DNA of 64,000 nucleotides from Flavobacteriaceae bacterium. Its GTDB lineage: Bacteria; Bacteroidota; Bacteroidia; UKL13-3. The stretch spans positions 19,166-83,165 of the forward strand of contig SHWZ01000004.1 of NCBI GenBank assembly GCA_009693575.1, written 5' to 3'. How positions within the stretch are numbered: the first letter of the stretch is position 1; every line of letters starts with the position of its first letter. The notes below the pieces were generated by a model that had not been told where the DNA came from, searched no databases, and saw nothing but the letters and a program-made list of their open reading frames with translations. Shown here piece after piece: positions 49,518 through 58,495 of this stretch. A program made the position numbers and the translations under genes.

Positions 49518-51704
49518 CTAAAAGTTAGAGATTAAATTGACATAGAACACCCTGCCGTAACCCACCAATGCTGCACTACTGCCACCCGTATGAGGTCCAT
49601 TATAGAGATTGGCGGTCACATTTGTGATACCTAAAAGATTTTTTCCACCGACAGCTATGTATATTTTCTTTTTCCAGAAGAATTTTCCCAAGTTAATATC
49701 CAACCAATCGAATGCCGTCATGGTATTTTTGAAGTAGGTTTTCTGGTCTTCATTCAATTGGTAAAAAGTGTAGCTTCCTGTGTGTTTATAAAAAATGGAA
49801 AGCTCAGTTTTGGCTTTCTTGAAAGACTTGCCTAGTTTCATAGTCCACTCTTGGTTGGGACTGTATTTCTCACTACCACCGAGATAAAAATTCCTGAAAG
49901 CATTCACAGCATAGCCAGGCACAAAACTATACTCTTTCCATTTGAAACTTACTTCTGTTGCCGAGCCCAGCACCTGAAAGCGGTCGAAGTTGAAATACGA
50001 ATAACTGCCGGAGTTTTTACTATCTGCTAGCAATGAAATCTTGTCTTTCATATTGTTGAAATAGGCACTTGAATTAAGTTCCAGCTTTATACCTTTCAGC
50101 ATTTTTTTCCAGTTGATGGATATATTCAAGTTGTCTGATTTTTCGGCTTTCAAATTTTTGTTGCCAAACACCTGATGATTCACATCAACAAAGTCAAGAT
50201 ACAATTCTTTCATGCCGGGGGTACGGAATCCACGGGCATAGCCACCACGCAGGATAACAGTGCTGCCAATATCATATTTAAAATGCAAGGATGGAGTGAC
50301 AGGGCTGCCAAAACGGTTGTTCCAACTTGCCCGCAAACCAGTGCGTGCATATAGTTTTTTGTATATCCTAAAATCGGCGGTATGGAACAAAGCTGCATTC
50401 ATCATTCTTTGCGAACCACTGAAAATCCTGCCACCTGTTGACATATCCGCAGAAAAATCATAACCAACCTGCATGTTAGCGTTCCATTTTTTCAAGGAAT
50501 AAGTGCCACGGCTCATCCCGTTTTTGAAGCGGTTGGTATCTTGGTCATCGGGCGAAGTGGTGAGAAGTTGTTGCAATGCCACCATGTCTTTGCGGTAGGT
50601 ATTTCTAGTTCGTGAATAATCCTGATAAGAAGCTACGATATTCAGCTTACCACCTTTGTTGTATATCTTTTCAAAGAAGGCCGAATGCACCCACCTTCGG
50701 GTGAAATAATACTGGTCGAATGCGTAAGCTTCTTCAGGGGTGATAATCACCACACCCTTATTGCTAAGCTTTTCATCGTATCCTGACGAGTTCAATCGCA
50801 GGTAGCTTCTTTTACCGGTCTTAATATACAGTTGCTGGTCGCCAAACCACTGAGTCTTGGGTTTCCAAAGTTTTACACGGTCGGTTTCGGTTGCTGCAAA
50901 GCCCCCAAAGAAATACCGACCCAAGCTAGCCGAATAGGAAAATTTCTTCCCAGTATATCCAATTCTCTCATCAAAATTCCATTTGTCTTTTTGTTCAATG
51001 TAGCCATTGATTTGCCCCTTCCAACCTCTGCCGTTGCTGCCTTTTGTGATAATATTTATCACCCCGCCCAAAGCATCAGTCCCGAAAATTACCGACATGG
51101 GCCCTTCTACTATTTCGATGCGAAGTACGTTGGCCATGTTCACTTGGCTGAGGTCTATGTTGCCATTTTCGCGGCCAATCATAGGTATACCATCTAGTAG
51201 TATTTTTATATTGGAGCCACCCACACCAGCCATTGAAATAGAGCTACCCAAAAAAGGGTCATTGCCAAGGCGAGTGTTCAGTTGCTGACTTAGCACTTCT
51301 TTCAATGTAGGAGCAGCCAACTGTCGAATCCTTTCAGCCCCAAAAACCTGAATTTGTTGAATGTTTTTTTCTTTACTCTTTGCTTCATTGTTCCCCGTGA
51401 TTACCGTTTGATTCAGTTCCGTCTTTTCTTCCATCAAGACAATTTTTGAAACAGAAAAAACGATCATGTTTGCCATCTGATAGCCTAGTTTGTAGGCAGT
51501 TATGCTTACTGAATCGTGTTTCAAAACAACCTTCCCGGCAAAGTCGGTAAGGTACACATAAGGCTTCTCGGCCATCGAATATTTGATGCACACATCATTG
51601 ATTGGCTTGCCATCAGTGCCCTCCACCAAAACGCTTACCGCCTGCCTTTGTGCAAAGCAGGCGGTAACGCTAAAAGTAAGTATGAGTGCCCTTAGTAAGT
51701 GCAT
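49518..51704 (-). CDS. TonB-dependent receptor (HmuR-like position)
   Basis: Signal. CarbopepD_reg-like N-domain. Plug-domain motifs (GPMSVIFGTDALGGVINIITKG). 22-strand barrel length. C-terminal Phe. Confidence 0.85.
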   Translation of the reverse strand: MHLLRALILTFSVTACFAQRQAVSVLVEGTDGKPINDVCIKYSMAEKPYVYLTDFAGKVVLKHDSVSITAYKLGYQMANMIVFSVSKIVLMEEKTELNQTVITGNNEAKSKEKNIQQIQVFGAERIRQLAAPTLKEVLSQQLNTRLGNDPFLGSSISMAGVGGSNIKILLDGIPMIGRENGNIDLSQVNMANVLRIEIVEGPMSVIFGTDALGGVINIITKGSNGRGWKGQINGYIEQKDKWNFDERIGYTGKKFSYSASLGRYFFGGFAATETDRVKLWKPKTQWFGDQQLYIKTGKRSYLRLNSSGYDEKLSNKGVVIITPEEAYAFDQYYFTRRWVHSAFFEKIYNKGGKLNIVASYQDYSRTRNTYRKDMVALQQLLTTSPDDQDTNRFKNGMSRGTYSLKKWNANMQVGYDFSADMSTGGRIFSGSQRMMNAALFHTADFRIYKKLYARTGLRASWNNRFGSPVTPSLHFKYDIGSTVILRGGYARGFRTPGMKELYLDFVDVNHQVFGNKNLKAEKSDNLNISINWKKMLKGIKLELNSSAYFNNMKDKISLLADSKNSGSYSYFNFDRFQVLGSATEVSFKWKEYSFVPGYAVNAFRNFYLGGSEKYSPNQEWTMKLGKSFKKAKTELSIFYKHTGSYTFYQLNEDQKTYFKNTMTAFDWLDINLGKFFWKKKIYIAVGGKNLLGITNVTANLYNGPHTGGSSAALVGYGRVFYVNLISNF

Positions 51705-51714
51705 CCAGAATATA

Positions 51715-53013
51715 TTATCGGGCTACTATAAAACGTCCCTGTGTATTAAAACCATTGCTTTCGATACTGATAACATACATACCATTCGCAAAATTTGAGG
51801 TAGTAATCAATTCCTGACGAAGACCTGTTGAGGGCATAAAATTAGTGGTAGCTAGTACCTTTCCGTTCATGTCACAAATGCGAATAGTAGTGGCAGCAGG
51901 CTTCGTGTTCGGACTATAAACCAGGTTCACAAAATCGTTGGCTGGGTTAGGGAAAAGACCGAAAGAGAACGGAGCTTCAGCTTGCGAAAAGCCAATACCG
52001 TTTGTTGTATATTTTACTTTCTTGAATTCACTCACACCATTCAGTGCACCGCCAAATTTGGTGAACACTAACTTGTAAATATCACCACTGGCATCCTTCA
52101 CAAAATAAGCCAATGAATCTACTAAAGTCCAAGTGGCAGGAGGTGGGCCTTGTGGAGCGTTTTTCCAATCCCAGCCTATCACGTTGATGTCTTTGTTGAA
52201 GGTGCTATTCCAATGCCAAGAAGTGTCGGTGTTTACACCTTTTGCTTTGGCACATTCAATTCCACCGTTGGCCAACACACCCATCACTGAATAGAAAGTA
52301 TCAAGGCCCGGAGCCACAATATGTGTTTGGTAACGTGTGAACAATATATCCCATGAAGTACGGGCAGGTTCGCGGTCTTGAATTGAATCGTTTCCGAGTG
52401 AATAATACACAAAGCCTTTTCCATTATAATTGTTTTTCATCAACTGAACGGTTTTTAGGTTTTGATTATCCAAATCGGCGTAGCGAAACACAAACATTGA
52501 ATCATACACCAAGGTATCAATAATTAGTTTCTTTACTTGACCATTGCCTAGCTTTATGATGTAGCAAGAATCGCCTAAAACATTGTAGGTTGCCACTTTG
52601 TAGTCACCCCATCCGAAGTCAAACGGGCTCATACCACGCGTGCTGTTCAGTCCGCCCTCTTTCCATACTTTGTCCGAATCATATACCTTAGCAAACTGCT
52701 TCCAGTTGGTCGTGTCAAACGTGAGGAAATCAGCGGCCGCTCCGTTGGTTACCTTGTACACCTCAGTTCCACGGCCACCATTCATACGTATAGTGGTACT
52801 TTTCAATACGTCGGTTGGAGGGGCCGCATGGAGTACAGAGAAAGCCAGATTCCAGCTCAGATTGCCTGATGCTTTTACAAAGCCGTTTTTCATGCTGTAA
52901 AATACATCGTTGCGGTAGTTGGGACTCATCACGGCTGAGTCTTGAACCCATGTTTGTGCGTTGACCGAAAGGCTGAAGCCAAGAATGGAAAGAAAGAATA
53001 ATTTTTTACTCAT
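51715..53013 (-). CDS. HmuY-family protein with a T9SS C-terminal sorting domain (putative surface/secreted hemophore-like)
   Basis: Signal peptide. SWNLAFS...RMNGG and SWDILFTRYQT HmuY-like motifs. C-terminal GLFPNPANDFVNLVY...GMYVISIESNGFNTQGRFIVAR is a type A sorting domain. Confidence 0.5.
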   Translation of the reverse strand: MSKKLFFLSILGFSLSVNAQTWVQDSAVMSPNYRNDVFYSMKNGFVKASGNLSWNLAFSVLHAAPPTDVLKSTTIRMNGGRGTEVYKVTNGAAADFLTFDTTNWKQFAKVYDSDKVWKEGGLNSTRGMSPFDFGWGDYKVATYNVLGDSCYIIKLGNGQVKKLIIDTLVYDSMFVFRYADLDNQNLKTVQLMKNNYNGKGFVYYSLGNDSIQDREPARTSWDILFTRYQTHIVAPGLDTFYSVMGVLANGGIECAKAKGVNTDTSWHWNSTFNKDINVIGWDWKNAPQGPPPATWTLVDSLAYFVKDASGDIYKLVFTKFGGALNGVSEFKKVKYTTNGIGFSQAEAPFSFGLFPNPANDFVNLVYSPNTKPAATTIRICDMNGKVLATTNFMPSTGLRQELITTSNFANGMYVISIESNGFNTQGRFIVAR

Positions 53014-53293
53014 TGTTAATACTGTTTTGTTTTTTTTTGAATTAATGAAACTTTGTGTTCATTCAATTGCTGTTGTTAAAATTTCAAGCCGCAAAAGTAG
53101 ATTCATGGGTAGCCCCGACTGGTGTACAAATGGGTTTATGACAGAAGAATGACAGAAGAACTAGGTAAAGAGTAATGTCGAAGTTAGGATACAGTATAGC
53201 GAATGGCAGTTCAATGAAAACCGCAAACAATAGCTGTTTCCCAAATAGTACCTCGTATCTCCCAAATAGTACTTCCACCTTACTTTTGCCCCC

Positions 53294-54007
53294 ATGGGAA
53301 GGGCATTTGAAAAACGCAAACACCAGATGTTTGCCCGTTATGATAAAATGGCTAAGGCATTCACTCGCTTGGGCAAAGAGATTGCCTTGGCTGTAAAGGC
53401 AAGTGGACCACTGCCAGAGAATAATCCCCGCTTGCGGGCAGCTATGGCCACCGCCAAAGGGGTGAACATGCCCAAAGACCGAATTGAAGCTGCAATAAAG
53501 CGGGCATCAGAAAAAGGCTCAGGCAACTTTGATGAAATTGTATATGAAGGATATGCCCCCCACGGAGTGGCCATCCTCTGCGAAACAGCCACAGATAATA
53601 CTAACCGCACCGTTGCCAATATTCGTTCTTACTTTGCCAAAGGCGATGGTGCATTGGGCAAAACGGGATGCCTAGATTTTATTTTTACCCGTAAAGGGGT
53701 ATTCAAACTAGATGCAACAGGGCTCAACCCAGACGACCTAGAACTTGACTTGATAGACCACGGCCTCGATGAACTATTCACCGATGACGAAGACAATCAG
53801 ATTATTATTCACACTGCGTTTACTGATTACAACCTGATGCAAAAGGCATTGGAAGACAAAAAATTAAATGTGCTCAGCTCAGAACTAGAAAGGCTGGCGA
53901 ACACCTTTGTAGAGCTTACGGAAGAGCAAGAAACTGAGGTGATGGTAATGATTGATAAAATGGAACAGGATGACGATGTGCAGAAATTGTATCATAATAT
54001 CAAGTGA
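53294..54007 (+). CDS. yebC: YebC/PmpR family DNA-binding regulatory protein
   Basis: MGRAFEKRKHQMFARYDKMAKAFTRLGKEI...ENNPRLRAAMATAK is a YebC signature. 237 aa. Confidence 0.85.
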   Translation: MGRAFEKRKHQMFARYDKMAKAFTRLGKEIALAVKASGPLPENNPRLRAAMATAKGVNMPKDRIEAAIKRASEKGSGNFDEIVYEGYAPHGVAILCETATDNTNRTVANIRSYFAKGDGALGKTGCLDFIFTRKGVFKLDATGLNPDDLELDLIDHGLDELFTDDEDNQIIIHTAFTDYNLMQKALEDKKLNVLSSELERLANTFVELTEEQETEVMVMIDKMEQDDDVQKLYHNIK

Positions 54008-54160
54008 GTTTGAGGGAAGTTGGAAATTATTCTGACACACTATTATTTTGATATTAGTAGGTTAAAACTTAACCAGATTTTCACAATTTGTCCCGCATTG
54101 CAAGATTACCACATTTGGATTCAAAGCAACCAACCCACAACCAAATTCATTAAGCAATAC

Positions 54161-54922
54161 ATGAAATGCATTTTTCTATTCTTGAGTTGCATCGTTGCGT
54201 TGTTGTCATTTTCGCAAACTACTCAAAAAGTCCGTGCTAACCGTGCTTTGAGTATTGACATCGCCTATTCTGTTCAACAGCCTGCAGGAGATGTGGGGAA
54301 ACGGTTTGGCTACAACAACAGCATTGGCGGCGGGTTCAAGTATAAAACAGAGAGGAACTTAGTTCTTGGCATCAGTGGCAATTTTATGTTTGGCAGCCAC
54401 AGCAAAGAACGCACAATTTTGGAAGCTATTAGCACCAAAGATGGCGACATCATCAACAGCAACGGACAACTGATACAACCAAGGCTATTTGAGCGTGGGG
54501 CAAACTATTTTGTGCAATGCGGCAAACTACTACCATTATACAAAAACGACAAAAACAGCGGACTACTACTGATGGGTGGCATAGGATGGCTGCAACACAA
54601 GCAGCGGATAGAAGTGCCAGGCGAAGGAGCCAACCAACTATTCCCAGAATATAAGCGGGGTTATGACAACCTGCATGGTGGCATTGCTCTGAACCAAACC
54701 ATTGCATGGCAGTTCATGGAGCCCAAGAAGCAAATGCTTAACTTTTACATTGGCCTTGAAATGATGCACGGATACACTAAAAACCTACGGGGCTACAACT
54801 ACGCCACTCGCTTGCCTGACACCTCCAGAAAATACGATTACTTTTTCGGCCTGAAACTATGTTGGATGATCCCCCGCTTCTTTGGGTTCAAAGACAAGAA
54901 TGAAGAATATTTTTATAATTAA
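54161..54922 (+). CDS. hypothetical secreted protein (possible small beta-barrel)
   Basis: Signal MKCIFLFLSCIVALLSFSQ. The ORF track begins at 54020; the internal Met is preferred. C-terminal aromatic-rich end. Confidence 0.35.
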   Translation: MKCIFLFLSCIVALLSFSQTTQKVRANRALSIDIAYSVQQPAGDVGKRFGYNNSIGGGFKYKTERNLVLGISGNFMFGSHSKERTILEAISTKDGDIINSNGQLIQPRLFERGANYFVQCGKLLPLYKNDKNSGLLLMGGIGWLQHKQRIEVPGEGANQLFPEYKRGYDNLHGGIALNQTIAWQFMEPKKQMLNFYIGLEMMHGYTKNLRGYNYATRLPDTSRKYDYFFGLKLCWMIPRFFGFKDKNEEYFYN

Positions 54923-55023
54923 TATCAATTCGGTGATGCAAAAAATTAGTAATTTGATCCCATTTCCCTACTTCCGTTTTTCAGCTTCCAAAAAACGTAC
55001 TTCTTAAATCCCATTCCTAATCA

Positions 55024-55542
55024 GTGTTACTATCTCTCATCGTAGTTGCCGATCTTAACAACGCCATCGGGTTGGGCAATCAATTGCTTTGCCATTTCCC
55101 TGCTGACCTTAAGTATTTCAAGGCATTGACCACAGGCCATTGTATTTTGATGGGCCGAAAAACCTACGAATCCATTGGTAGGCCGCTGCCTAACCGCACC
55201 AATATCATCGTGACTCGAAACGCTGCTTTTGTGGCCGCAGGTTGTATAGTAACAAACTCACTAGAAGCTGGAATCGCCGAAGCGGAAAAATTGAACGAAA
55301 CTGAACTATTTACGATTGGTGGGGCTGAACTATACCGCCAAGTTATTGGCCATGCCAATCGAATCTATCTAACCCGTATTAATAACAAATTTGCAGATGC
55401 TGATACCTTTTTCTCAGCAATGGATTCCACTTGGAAATTGACAGCCTCAGACTTGCACCAAGCTGACGAAAAAAATGCGTTTGATTATACGTTTGAAGTA
55501 TGGGATTTATACTCTCCACAGGACAAGGAAGGGCTAGGCTAG
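55024..55542 (+). CDS. folA: dihydrofolate reductase
   Basis: LSLIVVADLNNAIGLGNQLLCHFPADLKYFKALTTGHCILMGRKTYESIG is a DHFR signature. GTG start. Confidence 0.85.
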   Translation: MLLSLIVVADLNNAIGLGNQLLCHFPADLKYFKALTTGHCILMGRKTYESIGRPLPNRTNIIVTRNAAFVAAGCIVTNSLEAGIAEAEKLNETELFTIGGAELYRQVIGHANRIYLTRINNKFADADTFFSAMDSTWKLTASDLHQADEKNAFDYTFEVWDLYSPQDKEGLG

Positions 55543-55840
55543 ATAGTGTTATCCTTAGCTTGTAGCTACTGATTTACTATTGTGAGCAACGTGTTTCAAA
55601 AGTAAAAGGTTCCTAAAATGCGAATCAAAAGATTAATCGCCCCCTTGCAGATTCACTTGAGAAGGGTACATTTGCAGTAGCTTAAATAATGTGCTTAAAT
55701 TTACAATAGATTAAAACCGTTTTCTAAGCAACAGCAATTATAAAAACACTAGTGAAAATTATATATTTGCTCTGCTACTTTTTGCCTTCAGTCATGCATC
55801 AAATTGTCAAGAAATAAAAATTGAAAAGAGTGTCATTTCA

Positions 55841-56143
55841 ATGGATGAAAAAGAGTGCCTTAAAGTTGCAGACTCGGACCCAAATAATATTTCAATTCTA
55901 GATATGGAAGGGAACGAAATAATTTTTTTGAAGTACCTTGACAACACTAAGTTTGGAGGAATGTATTGTAAAGTAACATTTCTTGATCAAAAGCTCACCT
56001 TTACTTCAAAATCATATATGTTTACAAAAACATTATTACTTAAAAAATTAGTTTTAGATAAAACATTAGAAAATTGCAAACTCAACTCTACCAAAGTTGA
56101 AAAAATTGTTTTAAAATATGATGAGAATGTGGAGAGTAAATAA
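55841..56143 (+). CDS. orphan small protein (100 aa) in an AT-rich islet
   Basis: ORF only. Very low GC. No homology recognised. Confidence 0.25.
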   Translation: MDEKECLKVADSDPNNISILDMEGNEIIFLKYLDNTKFGGMYCKVTFLDQKLTFTSKSYMFTKTLLLKKLVLDKTLENCKLNSTKVEKIVLKYDENVESK

Positions 56144-56341
56144 TGATAACAATCGTGTAGTTTTTATTATCCAGAACCACTTCGTCATCCATGACCTCTC
56201 TTGCGAGATGCTTTATTGTATCAATAGCTTCATCATTCAAGTACCCGCTGAGTCTCTGCCCTAGTCATGCCAAACTCTAGGAGACTCGGCTCCTAAGGAA
56301 AGTTTGTGAAGGAGTGAATGCTGAAAAAAATCTCAGTTCGC

Positions 56342-56716
56342 TTACCCACACGCTTCATTCGGGTTGGCAAACATATCGCCTTGGTCTTCGTTGGTAGTGT
56401 CGAGGCATTTCCAATCTTTTTCTATTAATAAAAATAGCTTGTTGCCATTGCCTATTGGCATGTTAGCCTCAAAGCCTACACGTTCAGTGGTTGCCCACTC
56501 GTGTAGCAAGTTTTGGGGCATGTGCAGGGTAATAAGGTTGTTTGCAAAACTGGCAGAAAGTGCCTCTCCATTGGGTGTTTTTTGAAGCGAATAACGAAGC
56601 AGGTTGCCGCCGCCAAAGTCGGTGCTTTCATGTACTTCACCTGTTTCTGCAAAGCTGTCTACTTCTGATTTGCCCAGCCTTATGCGGACAGAATTTCCTT
56701 TGATGCGAATCTTCAT
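56342..56716 (-). CDS. hypothetical protein (conserved-looking, 124 aa)
   Basis: ORF with plausible codon usage. No motif recognised. Confidence 0.4.
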   Translation of the reverse strand: MKIRIKGNSVRIRLGKSEVDSFAETGEVHESTDFGGGNLLRYSLQKTPNGEALSASFANNLITLHMPQNLLHEWATTERVGFEANMPIGNGNKLFLLIEKDWKCLDTTNEDQGDMFANPNEACG

Positions 56717-56801
56717 AACATTTATTGGTTTTGTTCGTTTCAGTCCAAATTGAATCGTGGTACAAAGTTGGAATAGATGGCATCCCTACACAAATATTAT
56801 T

Positions 56802-57602
56802 ATGAAAATTTTGCTTATCTCCGTTTTTGCCGCTATGCCAATGATGCGGCAACCTGCTATATCCGAAACAATCAGCAAACCTTTTGCCGTGCATGGCAAC
56901 CATGCCTTCACCTACGGCGAACGACTCGACTACCGGGTGCATTATGGCTGGCTGAATGCGGCTACTATAAGTATGAAGGTAGACAAGATTTCACATGCAG
57001 TTGATGGTCGGCCTACTTACAAAATAAGTGGCGATGGTATGACCAACAGCGGCTACGACTGGTTTTTCAAAGTACGCGACCACTACGAAACCTACATAGA
57101 CCAAGACAGTATGAAACCTTTGAAATATGTTCGCAACGTGAGCGAAGGTGGATACAAAGACTATGAAGTAGCCAGTTTCGACCACACACGCAGGAAGGTA
57201 TACAGCAGCAAAGGCCTGTTCAATGTGAGCGATGGAAATTTTCAGGATGTGCTTTCTGCTATCTATTTCCTCCGCAATTACGATTTTAACAAAGCCAGAA
57301 AAGGCGACAGACTGAGCATAAAATTCTATCTCGACAAAAACATGTACGAATCGCAAGTACAATTTGATGGACGCGAAACCATAACTACTGACATAGGGAA
57401 ATTCAGAACCATCCGGTTAAAGCCCCAGCTTATAGTTGACCGCGTCTTTCCTGAGGAAGATGCCATGACTATCTGGGCAACAGATGATGCAAACCTTATC
57501 CCTCTAAGGATACAAAGCAACTTGGCAATAGGTTCCCTCATGGCTGATATTACAAAAATTCACTACTACCGGAATCCGCTGACATCGAAAGTGAGGGAGT
57601 AG
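56802..57602 (+). CDS. DUF3108 domain protein
   Basis: Signal MKILLISVFAAMPMM. Sequence pattern typical of DUF3108. The ORF track begins at 56757. Confidence 0.5.
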   Translation: MKILLISVFAAMPMMRQPAISETISKPFAVHGNHAFTYGERLDYRVHYGWLNAATISMKVDKISHAVDGRPTYKISGDGMTNSGYDWFFKVRDHYETYIDQDSMKPLKYVRNVSEGGYKDYEVASFDHTRRKVYSSKGLFNVSDGNFQDVLSAIYFLRNYDFNKARKGDRLSIKFYLDKNMYESQVQFDGRETITTDIGKFRTIRLKPQLIVDRVFPEEDAMTIWATDDANLIPLRIQSNLAIGSLMADITKIHYYRNPLTSKVRE

Positions 57603-57635
57603 TTTTTAGTTTTATGGCTGTAAAAACACGCCATC

Positions 57636-58259
57636 CTAATCAATAACATACCCGAATGAAATTCCACTTTCGCGTAGAAAACTTGTTGAATTATGTTCCT
57701 CGAATTTGCCTGTAGTATAATTTGTCGATTTCAAATTATCCCATTGTGCTCCAAGTCCAGCAAACGCATCGAAGGTGAACCTTTTATGGCTTCGGTAACT
57801 AAAACCAAGACGTAATGAACCGCCCTGTGAAATAGTACTATGCTTAATAGTTTCTTGTTGCAAATTGTCTGTCATTTCTGCTAGGCTGCTGTAATAGAAA
57901 GTAGGGGCTGCATAAATTCTAAATAGTGAATTATTGTCATTCTCGGTATATCCTTTAACAAAAACTCTCATATCAAAACCTGTTGCCAATTGATAGCTAT
58001 CAAATAATTTAACCCGTTTATCGAAAATTCCTAACTCACCTCCCATAGCTAGTCGTTCCACATGCAGCGATTTGATAGGAGCTTCAAACCCCAATCGAAT
58101 ACTTGGAAGATTCTCTTTCAATAGCTTGAACGGCATGACATAAACATTCAAACTCAAAGTATCATTGAAAGCGTATTTCTTTGAATTGTGCTTGTATTTC
58201 TGGGCATTAGCAAATAGACTAGTGGCAGAAATTATTAGAAGAAACGTACATTTTTTCAT
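57636..58259 (-). CDS. outer-membrane beta-barrel (OmpA-N/porin-like) hypothetical protein
   Basis: Signal MKKCTFLLIISATSLFANAQ. Alternating amphipathic strands. C-terminal ...FGYVID. Confidence 0.45.
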   Translation of the reverse strand: MKKCTFLLIISATSLFANAQKYKHNSKKYAFNDTLSLNVYVMPFKLLKENLPSIRLGFEAPIKSLHVERLAMGGELGIFDKRVKLFDSYQLATGFDMRVFVKGYTENDNNSLFRIYAAPTFYYSSLAEMTDNLQQETIKHSTISQGGSLRLGFSYRSHKRFTFDAFAGLGAQWDNLKSTNYTTGKFEEHNSTSFLRESGISFGYVID

Positions 58260-58495
58260 GGCTCAAAATTGAATACTTTCATTTGGTTGATTTTACGGAA
58301 TCAAGCTAATCGGAACCAACAAAAGTAGTACATAGTCGTAATCTAAACTTGCAAGAAGGAGAAAACTCATGGCTTCAATAAGCTACCTTTTAGAGCTATT
58401 AAATTCAGGCTCTCAATTATTTGTAATCAAATACCCCCACCAAATCGTTGACCCCTATTTTTGCCCCCCTATTTTTTTAACCTGAAACAAGACGT

